A DNA stretch of 64,000 bases from Pseudomonadota bacterium (GTDB taxonomy: Bacteria; Pseudomonadota; Alphaproteobacteria; MPNO01; UBA830), in the NCBI GenBank assembly GCA_036136335.1, contig JAYZQT010000032.1, forward strand, positions 123,038-187,037, in the 5' to 3' direction. A model generated the notes under the pieces. That model had not been told where the DNA came from. It ran no database searches and saw nothing but the letters and a program-made list of their open reading frames with translations. The position numbers and the translations under genes were made by a program. Numbering within the stretch: position 1 is the stretch's first letter; each line of letters begins with the position of its first letter. Of this stretch, positions 9,386-19,094 are shown piece by piece.

Positions 9386-9583
9386 TTACAGTCCCCTGTT
9401 GGCTATGGTACAGACTAATTTTAGGTGTGATTCAACACCTGAGTTAGGAGGCGGATATGTCCAATCCGTTTTACCATAATTGGTAGTTTGAGCAACTCCA
9501 CGACCCATTGGTTCTTTGTAAAAGTTAATACTCAAAGACAAATACCGAAGTATGTTACAATTAACTTTGTTATATGTTGTCAT
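9386..9583 (-). CDS. hypothetical 65-aa protein
   Basis: On the minus strand, ATG 9583 is preceded by GGGGAGGATTTATCT, a strong RBS at ideal spacing. I recognise no family. Confidence 0.35.
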   Translation of the reverse strand: MTTYNKVNCNILRYLSLSINFYKEPMGRGVAQTTNYGKTDWTYPPPNSGVESHLKLVCTIANRGL

Positions 9584-9752
9584 AGATAAATCCTCCCCAA
9601 TTGGGCCCGAGAAATCAGCCAAGTCCCAATAATAAACTTACCCACCGTGTTTTCGGATTCTCTCAACATCAACATAGTAAGTAATTGCTCCATCCCCACA
9701 TCCAGGAGACATCCTGTCGACAATATCGTTTCTGTCGGTCTATCCTGTTCGA

Positions 9753-11004
9753 ATGCGGTATCTCCTTGCCCCTCTTGTTGTGACTATCCTCAATCTCTCC
9801 TCCGGTCCGGCATGGGCATTGCCACCCTGTCCCTCTGATCAGAACAGTCATTACGACAACTGTTTCGGTACCTATACCTGGGCCAGTGGCTACAAATACG
9901 TTGGTGAATGGAAGAATAACAAATGGCACGGACAGGGCAATTGAGTACCTTGCTGACGGAACAGTGTTCAGAGAGGGTATCTGGAAGGATGGCCAATTCC
10001 AGTATGCACGGAAAGTCACGCCTCCTGTAACCGCCAGCCGGCCATCAGGCTCGTCCCTGCCACCCTGTCCCTCTGATCAGAACAGCACTTATGACCACTG
10101 TTTTGGTACCTATACCTGGGCAGATGGCAGCAAATACGTTGGTGGGTTCAGGGATGACAAACAGCACGGACAGGGCATTGAGTACCATGCTGACGGTACG
10201 GTGGATAGGGAGGGCGTCTGGAAGGATGGCAAGTTCCAGTATGCGCAGAAAACCACGCCACCGGTGACTGCCAGAAGAACACCGGATCCAGCGAGGCGAA
10301 GGAATTCAGATCCTGACAGGGTCGTCTCTGCTTCGTCCGGCAGTGGCTTTGCGGTTTCCCGTGATGGTTATGTCATCACCAATCACCACGTCATCAACGG
10401 ATGCAGGAGCGTTAAAATCCATCACCGGGGGATGTCCATCAAAGCAATCGTGATTGCAAATGATCCGGGGAATGACCTTGCACTTCTCAAAGGTGATTTC
10501 CGACCTTCAACGGTTCTTCCGTTGGCCACCAGCAAACCCGAACTGCTTCAGGACGTGTATGTGGCGGGATACCCCTTTGGGAAAAAAATCAGCACATCGG
10601 TCAAGGTCACCAAAGGCATCATCAGTTCGCTCACCGGTATTGGAAACAACTTTTCCAACATCCAGGTTGATGCCGCACTTCAGCCCGGCAACAGCGGTGG
10701 GCCGATACTGGATGACAGGGGTAATGTGGTTGGTGTAGCTGTCGCAAAACTGGACATCAGAAAGGTGTTGAAAAACTTCGGGGTCATACCGGAGGACACC
10801 AACTTCGGCATCAAGACCAGTGTGGTGAGGAGCGTGCTGGAAAGCAGCAACGTGTCCTTGCCCGGTCCCAACAGGTCATCAATCCCGAAGTCAGAACTGG
10901 GCAGAATGATCTCTGATGGGACCTATTATCTGTCCTGCTGGATGACCACGGCACAGATTGAGAAGATGCGGTCCAAAAAGGTCATATTCCAGAACCTGGA
11001 CTGA
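9753..11004 (+). pseudogene. secreted MORN-repeat / trypsin-like (S1, DegP-type catalytic domain, no PDZ) serine protease, disrupted by a 1-nt insertion
   Basis: The signal peptide plus repeat 1 lie in ORF 9753-9944, and the rest lies in ORF 9886-11004 (+1 frame). Repeat 1 reads cagggcAAttgag where repeat 2 reads cagggcAttgag. The catalytic triad blocks are ITNHHV, NDLALLK and GNSGGPIL. Confidence 0.75.
9821..10295 (+). repeat. tandem duplication of a 237-bp (79-aa) Cys-rich + MORN-like unit inside the protease gene
   Basis: The units are LPPCPSDQNSxYDxCFGTYTWAxGxKYVGxxxxxKxHGQGIEYxADGTVxREGxWKDGxFQYAxKxTPPVTA. The copies start at 9821 and 10059. The 238-nt offset equals 237 plus the inserted A. 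Confidence 0.85.
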
Positions 11005-11189
11005 GCGACATCACAGACAGAAACTTCTGCACGGGCCACTGCGCAGTCCCATGCAATCTCCTCCTGGTCTCTTGGGTCCTGCATAGTCCGCACGCGGGGC
11101 ATCATTTAGTTCTTACCGCCCCAACAGGAAACTTTACGCTCATTCTGCACTCTGATTAGATTACCTCTGCACCAAGCGGAGGGCTGACT

Positions 11190-11780
11190 ATGCGTTATGT
11201 GATGGCGAAAGTCGGCGTATTGGCGTTCATAGGCGGGTTCGTTCTTCTGAGTGCTCAAGTATTTGGGATTAGTTCTGTGTCCTCCGCTTCGCCGAGTTCG
11301 CAGGTTCATCTGCGACTGTTGGATCGCCTTGATCGTCCTGAAGATGGCTATTGCGTTGACATATTAGGGACACCTAGAAACATGCGGATCGATGTGCCGC
11401 TATTTGCGCATAATTGCAAGCCCTCTTTGACGAGCGATAGCGCTGTTGTATTTACCTCCGATGGGTTTATTAAGTTTCCCGCTGTCGACCGCTGCTTGAC
11501 TGTAGCAGGGGTCAATTCAGCAGCACTACCGGGTGCGTCCATCCTACTGCGCAAATGTAATGAAACGTTACCTTTCTTCGAAACTTTGGTTCTACAGCGC
11601 TTTACCCATCAAAAGGATGGGAGTTTATCAGTTCTAGAGTCAAAGCTTTGCCTCACCGTTGGGGGGCAGTCGGCTGCGACTTATTCCCCATCCCATCGCT
11701 GGCGCACGCTCTTTGTCGATGATTGCGCTACAGTAGAACCTGCCCTATCTCAATGGGAATTTGTAGTTCCTGGCCACTAA
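11190..11780 (+). CDS. secreted ricin-type beta-trefoil lectin-like protein
   Basis: The RBS GGAGGG precedes the ATG and the signal peptide is MRYVMAKVGVLAFIGGFVLLSAQVFG. Repeated CxD/CLTV...G motifs and a terminal QxW (SQWEF) resemble RICIN-type lectin repeats. Confidence 0.45.
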   Translation: MRYVMAKVGVLAFIGGFVLLSAQVFGISSVSSASPSSQVHLRLLDRLDRPEDGYCVDILGTPRNMRIDVPLFAHNCKPSLTSDSAVVFTSDGFIKFPAVDRCLTVAGVNSAALPGASILLRKCNETLPFFETLVLQRFTHQKDGSLSVLESKLCLTVGGQSAATYSPSHRWRTLFVDDCATVEPALSQWEFVVPGH

Positions 11781-12063
11781 ACCATGCCGTGATCCACATT
11801 ATCGTCAATCCCCACCACACCCTGCTAAATGGCTCTACAGGCATGATGATCTGTCCCGTTATTTTGGTCGGTATCTGAGGGGCTGTATTTTTATATATAG
11901 CGAGACAGCTGATTTTCTTGCTGTGGGGTGTGTCTTTTCCACCTGTCATCCAGAGATAAACAGCAACAGATACCTTTGGAGACTGGTGGATGGTTCCTTG
12001 TCAGTTTTGGATGCCGGCAGGGGAGGGAGCGGATGTGAATGTTTATGGGGAGAAAGTCCATTT

Positions 12064-12096
12064 ACGCTCCACATACGCTCCAGTGACGCTCCACAG
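12064..12096. repeat. three tandem 11-bp direct repeats, ACGCTCCA-NNN
   Basis: A direct read of ACGCTCCAcat ACGCTCCAgtg ACGCTCCAcag, located 175 bp upstream of tRNA-Ser in non-coding DNA. Confidence 0.9.
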
Positions 12097-12270
12097 AGGC
12101 CTCAGAAGCTATTGAAGGAGAGACAGGTCCGGGGATTCACATGGATCGGAAGATGTGATCTAATTAGAACTGGAGAATTGCAGTTAGGCCCGGTTTCCCA
12201 ATCGTTGACAGTCTGGATGTCCCTCCGGTAAACACGCCCGTGCATACAGCGTGTAAACACCGCTCCCGGC

Positions 12271-12360
12271 GGAGGGGTGGCCGAGTGGCTGAAGGCGCTG
12301 GTTTGCTAAATCAGTATGCGGGTAACCGTATCGAGGGTTCGAATCCCTCTCCCTCCGCCA
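12271..12360 (+). tRNA. tRNA-Ser (anticodon GCT), CCA encoded
   Basis: It folds by hand. The acceptor stem is GGAGGGG/TCCCTCC and the anticodon stem is CTGGT/ATCAG, with loop TT-GCT-AA. There is a long variable arm (class II), a T arm GAGGG-TTCGAAT-CCCTC, discriminator G and CCA. Confidence 0.95.
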
Positions 12361-12695
12361 ATAATGGTATAAAAACAATAACTTATCGAATTTTAAAATT
12401 TGCTATCTACAATCTAACCTAGTAAATATGTTACCTACGGTGTCGTATCCCATGATAGGGATTACGTTGAAAATGTGGTGATTGCTAGCTGCCAGCAGCG
12501 TGCTGCATGGCAAACACGAACGCACTGGGATCCGGAAGCGCTTACCGGGCCGGGCCGGGTCTCTCCGACGGTCTGTTTCTGCTAGTATCTCGCCATTGCC
12601 AGGCTTTGAATCCTGTGGAACAGATTTGCTAAAGACGGGGAAAGCGGGAGCTTCGTCGTTATCTTTAACGCCGAGAAGTTAGAGTAAACCGGAAA

Positions 12696-15600
12696 GTGAA
12701 GCCGACGATGGCAAAGGAGAAAACAGAAATTTGTATGTCTGAGGATTTTGCCGGAAACGGGCTTGCAAAGCCCGTGCTCTATCACGGGATGAGAGCTGCG
12801 AAGGGCCTCTATGATCCTGTGCATGAGCACGATGCGTGCGGGATTGGAATGATATGCTCCATCAAGAACGAGCGCAGCCGCAAGATTGTCGAAGATGGTC
12901 TGAAAATCCTCTGTAACCTCGAGCACCGTGGCGCGGTTGGCGCCGATCCGAAGGCCGGGGACGGTGCTGGCATTCTCATCCAGCTACCCCACGAGTTCTT
13001 TGCTGCCGAGGCCAAAACCCTGGGGTTTGATCTGCCGCCACCGAACCATTATGGCATTGCACACCTGTTTTTACCGCGAAGCGCTGAACACCAAGCTACG
13101 ATCTCAGATGCGTACGAAATGGCTGCGGAACAGGAAGGACTGAAAATTATCGCCTGGCGGGATGTACCCGTGAATTCGTCGGTGCTGGGCGAAACCGTTA
13201 GACCGACAGAGCCGGTGCATCGTCAGGTCTTCATCGCGCGCGGTGATGAAATCGCGGATGATGATGGCTTCGAACGTAAACTCTATGTTTTACGCAAGGT
13301 GGCCTCAGTTCACCTTCGCAAGAACCACCCCGATGCAGCGGCTGAGTATTATCCTGCGTCATGTTCGTCACGGACGATCGTCTACAAGGGTCTGGTCCTC
13401 GCTGACGGTCTGGTCAAATACTATGGTGATCTGCAGGATGAACGGGTGATTTCGGGTTTGGCGCTCGTCCACCAGCGGTTTTCGACCAACACCTTCCCCT
13501 CATGGCCACTGGCGCATCCCTATCGGATGATTTGCCACAACGGCGAAATCAACACCCTGCGCGGCAATTCCAACTGGATGGCGGCCCGTCAGGCGACCAT
13601 GTCCTCGCCGACCTTCGGTGACGATATGAAGAAGCTCTGGCCGATATCATATGAAGGACAATCAGATTCCGCGTGTTTCGACAACGCGCTGGAACTTCTC
13701 TATCAGGGTGGTTATTCGCTGCCACACGCGATGATGATGCTGATCCCGGAGGCCTGGGCGGGAAATCCGCTAATGGATGAAACTTCACGCGCCTTTTACG
13801 AATACAGCGCTGCACTCATGGAGCCCTGGGATGGTCCTGCGGCGATCGCATTTACCGACGGAAATGTGATTGGTGCAACGTTGGATCGAAACGGATTGCG
13901 GCCCGCACGATATCTCGAGACCAAAGACGGTTATGTGCTGCTGGCATCCGAAATGGGTGTTCTGGATATTCCCGAATCCAATATTGCGCGTAAATGGCGC
14001 CTGCAACCGGGTAAAATGCTTCTGATTGACCTGGAGCAGGGCAAGTTGGTTTCGGATGAGGACCTGAAGGCTGAGCTGGCAAACCGACACCCCTACCGTG
14101 AATGGCTGGCGCGGACCCAGATTCAGCTTCGCGATCTGCCGGATGTTGGTGATACACCCAAGGCGTCGACGGATTCACTTTTGAACCGTCAACAGGCGTT
14201 TGGCTATTCCGAGGAAGACCTCAAGTTCCTGATGATGCCTATGGCACATACCGGACAGGAGGCCACCGGGGCTATGGGAACCGACACGCCTTTGTCGGCC
14301 CTGTCGTCAAAATCGAAACCACTGGCATCCTATTTCAAGCAGCTGTTTGCTCAGGTCACAAACCCGCCGATCGATCCCAGTCGCGAAGAAATCGTCATGT
14401 CGCTGGTGTCTTTTATTGGGCCAAGGCCAAATCTACTGGATCTTGAGGGTACTTCGAGCCTGAAGCGCCTGGAAGTTCGTCAACCAATTATCTCGAACGG
14501 CGGACTGGCCAAAATTCGGGCGATTGGAGACATCGCGGACAATCAGTTCCTGACCCAGAGCCTCGACATCACATACAGCGTTGAACGCAGTGCCGAGTAT
14601 ATGGAGCAGGCGGTCGAAAACCTCTGTAATCGTGCGGAAGAAAGCGTCGGCCAAGGCTACAACATCATCATATTGTCCGACCGGTTGATGGGCGCCGACC
14701 GGGTGGCCATACCATCTCTTCTCGCGACCTCAGCCGTGCACCATCACCTTATTCGAAAAGGATTACGTACATCGGTTGGCCTCGTTATAGAGACTGGAGA
14801 GGCCCGCGAGGTGCATCATTTCGCAACGCTCGCGGGGTTTGGCGCGGAGGCCGTCAATCCCTGGCTGGCCTTCGAAACACTCGAGGATCTTCGAGACAAA
14901 CTTGATGAAGACCTCAGTAATGAGGAGATAAACAAGCGGTATATCAAGGCAATCAACAAAGGGCTACTGAAGGTCATGTCCAAAATGGGTATTTCCACCT
15001 ATCAGTCCTATTGTGGTGCGCAAATTTTTGACGCGGTTGGCCTGCGGTCGTCATTTGTTGACAGATATTTCACCGGCACCCATACAGCGATCGAGGGCGT
15101 GGGCCTGGCGGAAATTGCGGCCGAGACCATGGGCCGTCACAGTGACGCCTTCGGTAATAACCCAATTTACGAAAAAGCGCTTGACGTCGGAGGGGAGTAC
15201 GCGTTTCGCATTAGGGGAGAGAGCCACTCGTGGACGCCGCAGTCGGTCGCCGACCTGCAGCATGCCGTGCGAGGGGGGCAGCCCGATAAATACCGGTTGT
15301 ATGCCGCGGCTATTAACGATCAGAACGAAGAGTTAATGACCCTTCGGGGACTTTTCCGTCTCAAGATGGCTGAGGAAACAGGTCGCAAGCCAATATTGCT
15401 AGATGAAGTAGAGCCTGTAGCCGAGATCGTGAAACGGTTTGCGACGGGTGCCATGTCTTTTGGATCGATCAGCCGCGAGGCGCATACCAATCTTGCGATC
15501 GCCATGAACAGGATCGGTGGCAAGTCCAACACTGGTGAAGGTGGGGAGGAAGTTGATCGGTTTGCGCCGCTGGACAATGGTGATTCCATGCGCTCGGCAA

Positions 15601-17420
15601 TCAAGCAGGTAGCGTCCGGGCGCTTTGGTGTAACCACTGAATACCTGGTCAATTCTGACATGATCCAGATAAAGATGGCGCAGGGCGCAAAGCCCGGTGA
15701 AGGCGGCCAACTGCCTGGTCACAAAGTTGATGCAGTGATCGCGAAGGTGCGACACTCCACGGCCGGGGTCGGGTTGATATCGCCTCCACCCCACCACGAT
15801 ATTTACTCGATAGAGGATCTGGCACAGCTTATCTTTGATCTGAAGAACGCCAATTCGGGCGCGGATATAAGTGTAAAACTGGTTTCTGAAGTTGGTGTCG
15901 GGACAGTTGCCGCTGGTGTTTCCAAGGCGAGGGCCGACCATGTAACAATTTCCGGGTTCGAGGGTGGGACCGGTGCGTCACCGCTGACCTCGATAAAGCA
16001 TGCCGGCTCACCCTGGGAAATTGGCCTTGCCGAAACGCAACAGACGCTGGTTATGAACGATCTGCGTGGCCGTATCTCGGTACAGGTAGACGGAGGACTG
16101 CGAACTGGTCGGGATGTTGTCGTGGGCGCGCTGCTCGGCGCTGACGAGTTCGGGTTTGCCACGGCACCCCTGATAGCATCAGGTTGTATAATGATGCGCA
16201 AATGTCATCTCAATACCTGTCCGGTTGGCATAGCTACACAGGACCCCCAGTTGCGCAAGAAATTTACGGGGAAACCCGAGCACGTGGTTAATTTCTTTTT
16301 CTACGTTGCCGAGGAGGTGCGTGAATTGATGGCGTTATTGGGCTTTCGGACTGTCAACGAGATGATTGGTCAGACCGATGTGCTTGATACCGACGCCGCG
16401 GTTGACCACTGGAAAGCCCGGGGGCTGGATTTTGGCAGGCTTTTCTTCAAGCCTGAAGAAGCAGCATGTGTTGATATTCACCGTACTGTCGACCAAAACC
16501 ACCCCATTAAAGAAATACTGGACCGGAAGTTTATGGAGGCCGCAATGCCTGCGCTCGAGAACGGTAAACCCGTGCAGGCTGAATTTTCCATCTGCAATAC
16601 AGACAGGACGGCGGGGACAATGCTCTCCGGCGAGCTAGCAAAAAAATACGGTCATGCTGGGCTGCCGGATGACACCGTCTGGTTTAACCTGAAGGGAGTG
16701 GCGGGTCAGAGCTTTGGCGCCTGGCTCGTTCACGGCGTTACGCTCGATCTTGAGGGCGAAGCCAATGATTATGTCGGGAAGGGCCTCTCCGGAGGGAAGC
16801 TAATAGTGCGTCCTGATCCGAATAGCGGGATCAATCCAGACGAAAGCATGATCGTTGGAAACACCGTCCTTTACGGCGCGGTCACCGGTGAATGCTATTT
16901 TCGTGGTATTGCCGGGGAACGGTTCGCAGTGCGTAACTCGGGCGCCATCGCCGTGGTGGAGGGGACTGGAGATCACGGCTGTGAATACATGACTGGTGGA
17001 ATTGTCGTCGTGCTTGGCGATACAGGACGCAACTTCGCGGCGGGAATGTCAGGCGGGATCGCCTATGTGCTTGATGAGACCGGGGATTTTGAAAACCGTT
17101 GCAATCTCGCGTTGGTTGACCTCGAAACGATCGAGGACGAAGTGGAGGAAATGGAAAAGCTACACCTCTCGGACAATGAAACCCACGGTTTTGTGGATGT
17201 GCGGTCCGATATGACCCGATATGACGCAGAGCGTTTGCGTCAACTGATACAGAACCATGTACGCTACACTGCATCGACACGTGCGCAGCAAATTCTGGAT
17301 GGCTGGGAAGAATACCTGTCCAGGTTTGTGAAGGTCATGCCGGTTGAATTTCGTCGGGCGTTGCAGGAAATGCAGGTTGAGCAGACCGGCGAAATGAATA
17401 TCGGCATGCGGAGGAGTTAA
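12696..17420 (+). CDS. gltB: glutamate synthase (NADPH) large subunit
   Basis: A protein of about 1570 aa with the Ntn-amidotransferase Cys (HDACGIGM), central, FMN ([15 protein letters not shown]) and GXGXG C-terminal domains. The exact start is uncertain (GTG 12696, ATG 12708 or ATG 12735). Confidence 0.95.
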   Translation: MKPTMAKEKTEICMSEDFAGNGLAKPVLYHGMRAAKGLYDPVHEHDACGIGMICSIKNERSRKIVEDGLKILCNLEHRGAVGADPKAGDGAGILIQLPHEFFAAEAKTLGFDLPPPNHYGIAHLFLPRSAEHQATISDAYEMAAEQEGLKIIAWRDVPVNSSVLGETVRPTEPVHRQVFIARGDEIADDDGFERKLYVLRKVASVHLRKNHPDAAAEYYPASCSSRTIVYKGLVLADGLVKYYGDLQDERVISGLALVHQRFSTNTFPSWPLAHPYRMICHNGEINTLRGNSNWMAARQATMSSPTFGDDMKKLWPISYEGQSDSACFDNALELLYQGGYSLPHAMMMLIPEAWAGNPLMDETSRAFYEYSAALMEPWDGPAAIAFTDGNVIGATLDRNGLRPARYLETKDGYVLLASEMGVLDIPESNIARKWRLQPGKMLLIDLEQGKLVSDEDLKAELANRHPYREWLARTQIQLRDLPDVGDTPKASTDSLLNRQQAFGYSEEDLKFLMMPMAHTGQEATGAMGTDTPLSALSSKSKPLASYFKQLFAQVTNPPIDPSREEIVMSLVSFIGPRPNLLDLEGTSSLKRLEVRQPIISNGGLAKIRAIGDIADNQFLTQSLDITYSVERSAEYMEQAVENLCNRAEESVGQGYNIIILSDRLMGADRVAIPSLLATSAVHHHLIRKGLRTSVGLVIETGEAREVHHFATLAGFGAEAVNPWLAFETLEDLRDKLDEDLSNEEINKRYIKAINKGLLKVMSKMGISTYQSYCGAQIFDAVGLRSSFVDRYFTGTHTAIEGVGLAEIAAETMGRHSDAFGNNPIYEKALDVGGEYAFRIRGESHSWTPQSVADLQHAVRGGQPDKYRLYAAAINDQNEELMTLRGLFRLKMAEETGRKPILLDEVEPVAEIVKRFATGAMSFGSISREAHTNLAIAMNRIGGKSNTGEGGEEVDRFAPLDNGDSMRSAIKQVASGRFGVTTEYLVNSDMIQIKMAQGAKPGEGGQLPGHKVDAVIAKVRHSTAGVGLISPPPHHDIYSIEDLAQLIFDLKNANSGADISVKLVSEVGVGTVAAGVSKARADHVTISGFEGGTGASPLTSIKHAGSPWEIGLAETQQTLVMNDLRGRISVQVDGGLRTGRDVVVGALLGADEFGFATAPLIASGCIMMRKCHLNTCPVGIATQDPQLRKKFTGKPEHVVNFFFYVAEEVRELMALLGFRTVNEMIGQTDVLDTDAAVDHWKARGLDFGRLFFKPEEAACVDIHRTVDQNHPIKEILDRKFMEAAMPALENGKPVQAEFSICNTDRTAGTMLSGELAKKYGHAGLPDDTVWFNLKGVAGQSFGAWLVHGVTLDLEGEANDYVGKGLSGGKLIVRPDPNSGINPDESMIVGNTVLYGAVTGECYFRGIAGERFAVRNSGAIAVVEGTGDHGCEYMTGGIVVVLGDTGRNFAAGMSGGIAYVLDETGDFENRCNLALVDLETIEDEVEEMEKLHLSDNETHGFVDVRSDMTRYDAERLRQLIQNHVRYTASTRAQQILDGWEEYLSRFVKVMPVEFRRALQEMQVEQTGEMNIGMRRS

Positions 17421-18838
17421 TGGGCAAGGTCACCGGCTTCATCGAAATTGAGCGGCACGACCGCACTTATAAACCCGCCAGCGACCGGATTCGCAATTTC
17501 AAGGAATTCGTTATTCCTTTGGAGGAACGTGACCTGGAGAGACAGGCAGCGCGCTGTATGGATTGCGGTATCCCCTTTTGCCATAACGGCTGTCCGGTTA
17601 ACAACCAGATTCCAGACTGGAATGACCTAGTCTATAGATCGGATTGGGAAGAAGCGTCCCACAACCTGCACTCAACGAATAATTTTCCTGAGTTCACAGG
17701 CCGCGTATGCCCGGCCCCGTGCGAGGCAGCCTGTACTCTCAATATTGATGACGTCCCAGTAACAATCAAATCCATTGAATGCGCGATCGTGGACAGGGCC
17801 TGGGAAGAAGGTTGGGTCGGGCCCCAGGTTCCGGAGGTGAAGACTGGAAAGAGCGTCGCGGTGGTGGGTTCAGGACCAGCTGGAATGGCCGGGGCACAGC
17901 AGCTCGCGCGGGCTGGGCACGATGTTCATCTGTACGAAAAGAACGAGACTGCCGGGGGTCTCCTTCGGTTTGGCATCCCTGACTTCAAAATGGAAAAACA
18001 TCTCATAGATCGCCGTATTGAACAGATGGAGGCCGAGGGTGTCACGCTGCATTGTGGGGTTCATGTTGGCGTGGATCTGGGGGCGGCAGACCTTGAAGCA
18101 GAACATGACGCTGTCCTGCTCTGCGGTGGGTCAGAAAAACCGCGGGATCTGCCTGTAGACGGGCGGAATCTGGAGGGGGTCCATTTTGCCATGAATTTTC
18201 TGCCTCAGCAGAACCGTCGCGTGGCGGGCAGCAATCTGGGTGACGCAGAGCCAATTCTGGCCTCGGAAAGGCATGTGGTGGTGATCGGCGGCGGCGATAC
18301 AGGTTCGGACTGCATTGGTACGTCGATACGTCAGGGCGCGGTTTCGGTGGTGCAACTGGAAATCATGCCGGAGCCACCGGAGCGGGAAGACAAGGCGGTG
18401 ACCTGGCCGCACTGGCCACAAAAGATGCGTACCTCTTCCAGTCAGGCTGAGGGTGCAGAACGTGATTTTTCGGTCACGACCTCCAGCATGGGTGGTGTAG
18501 ATGGACACGTTACCCATGTAAATTGTCAACGCGTTGATGAGAAATTTCAGCCAATCCCGGGCAGCGAATTCAAGCTAAAAGCGGATCTGGTGCTTTTAGC
18601 CATGGGTTTTTTGCATCCGGTACATGAAGGGATGCTGAACGAACTCGGCGTGGAACTGGACGACCGCGGCAACGTAAAGGCCGACACAAATGCCTATCAG
18701 ACAACGAGTGAGAAGGTATTTGCTGCGGGCGATATGCGCCGGGGGCAATCCCTCGTAGTCTGGGCTATTCGTGAAGGCCGGCAGGCAGCCCGCGCGGTCG
18801 ACATGTTTCTGATGGGTACGACGGATCTGCCGCGTTAA
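17420..18838 (+). CDS. gltD: glutamate synthase small subunit
   Basis: It contains Fe-S cysteine clusters ([31 protein letters not shown]) and the Rossmann motif [12 protein letters not shown]. The ATG overlaps the gltB stop codon (TAATG). Confidence 0.95.
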   Translation: MGKVTGFIEIERHDRTYKPASDRIRNFKEFVIPLEERDLERQAARCMDCGIPFCHNGCPVNNQIPDWNDLVYRSDWEEASHNLHSTNNFPEFTGRVCPAPCEAACTLNIDDVPVTIKSIECAIVDRAWEEGWVGPQVPEVKTGKSVAVVGSGPAGMAGAQQLARAGHDVHLYEKNETAGGLLRFGIPDFKMEKHLIDRRIEQMEAEGVTLHCGVHVGVDLGAADLEAEHDAVLLCGGSEKPRDLPVDGRNLEGVHFAMNFLPQQNRRVAGSNLGDAEPILASERHVVVIGGGDTGSDCIGTSIRQGAVSVVQLEIMPEPPEREDKAVTWPHWPQKMRTSSSQAEGAERDFSVTTSSMGGVDGHVTHVNCQRVDEKFQPIPGSEFKLKADLVLLAMGFLHPVHEGMLNELGVELDDRGNVKADTNAYQTTSEKVFAAGDMRRGQSLVVWAIREGRQAARAVDMFLMGTTDLPR

Positions 18839-19094
18839 AATCTGGTTTATTGAACAACGAAGCCAATGCCTTTTCGCGCGCCGGACCTGATGCCGGCCCC
18901 CTGGGTGTGGGCCAGAAAAAGCACACAAAACGCTCATATAGACTTAACTGCCACCCGCCAATAAACTCGGGCAGGTAGGAATTTTAAAGAGCAAACAACA
19001 GATATGGATGTCCTGCATTTTACACGGCACCCGGTGTGGGACAGGACGAGGCAACTGATAACCTCGCTTGGAAAATGTTCGCGCCGGGCCTGAT

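Noticed and set aside
11923-12231. A 102-aa + strand ORF between the lectin gene and the tRNA.
   Set aside because: It has no RBS and an unprotein-like sequence, and it contains the 11-bp repeat array. Only the short DGSLSVL match is retained, as a possible relic and not as a gene.
7200-12360. A classical tRNA-targeted integrative element or prophage remnant.
   Set aside because: I saw no integrase, excisionase or transposase ORF and no direct repeat of the tRNA-Ser 3' end. The islet also lies on the 5' side of the tRNA, whereas integrases normally target the 3' end. It is kept only as an 'accessory islet' finding.
12480-12600. A glutamine (glnA-type) riboswitch upstream of gltB.
   Set aside because: Only a CGGAAG hexamer resembles the conserved core. 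I could not build the E-loop/pseudoknot architecture or find the CGUUCACC segment.
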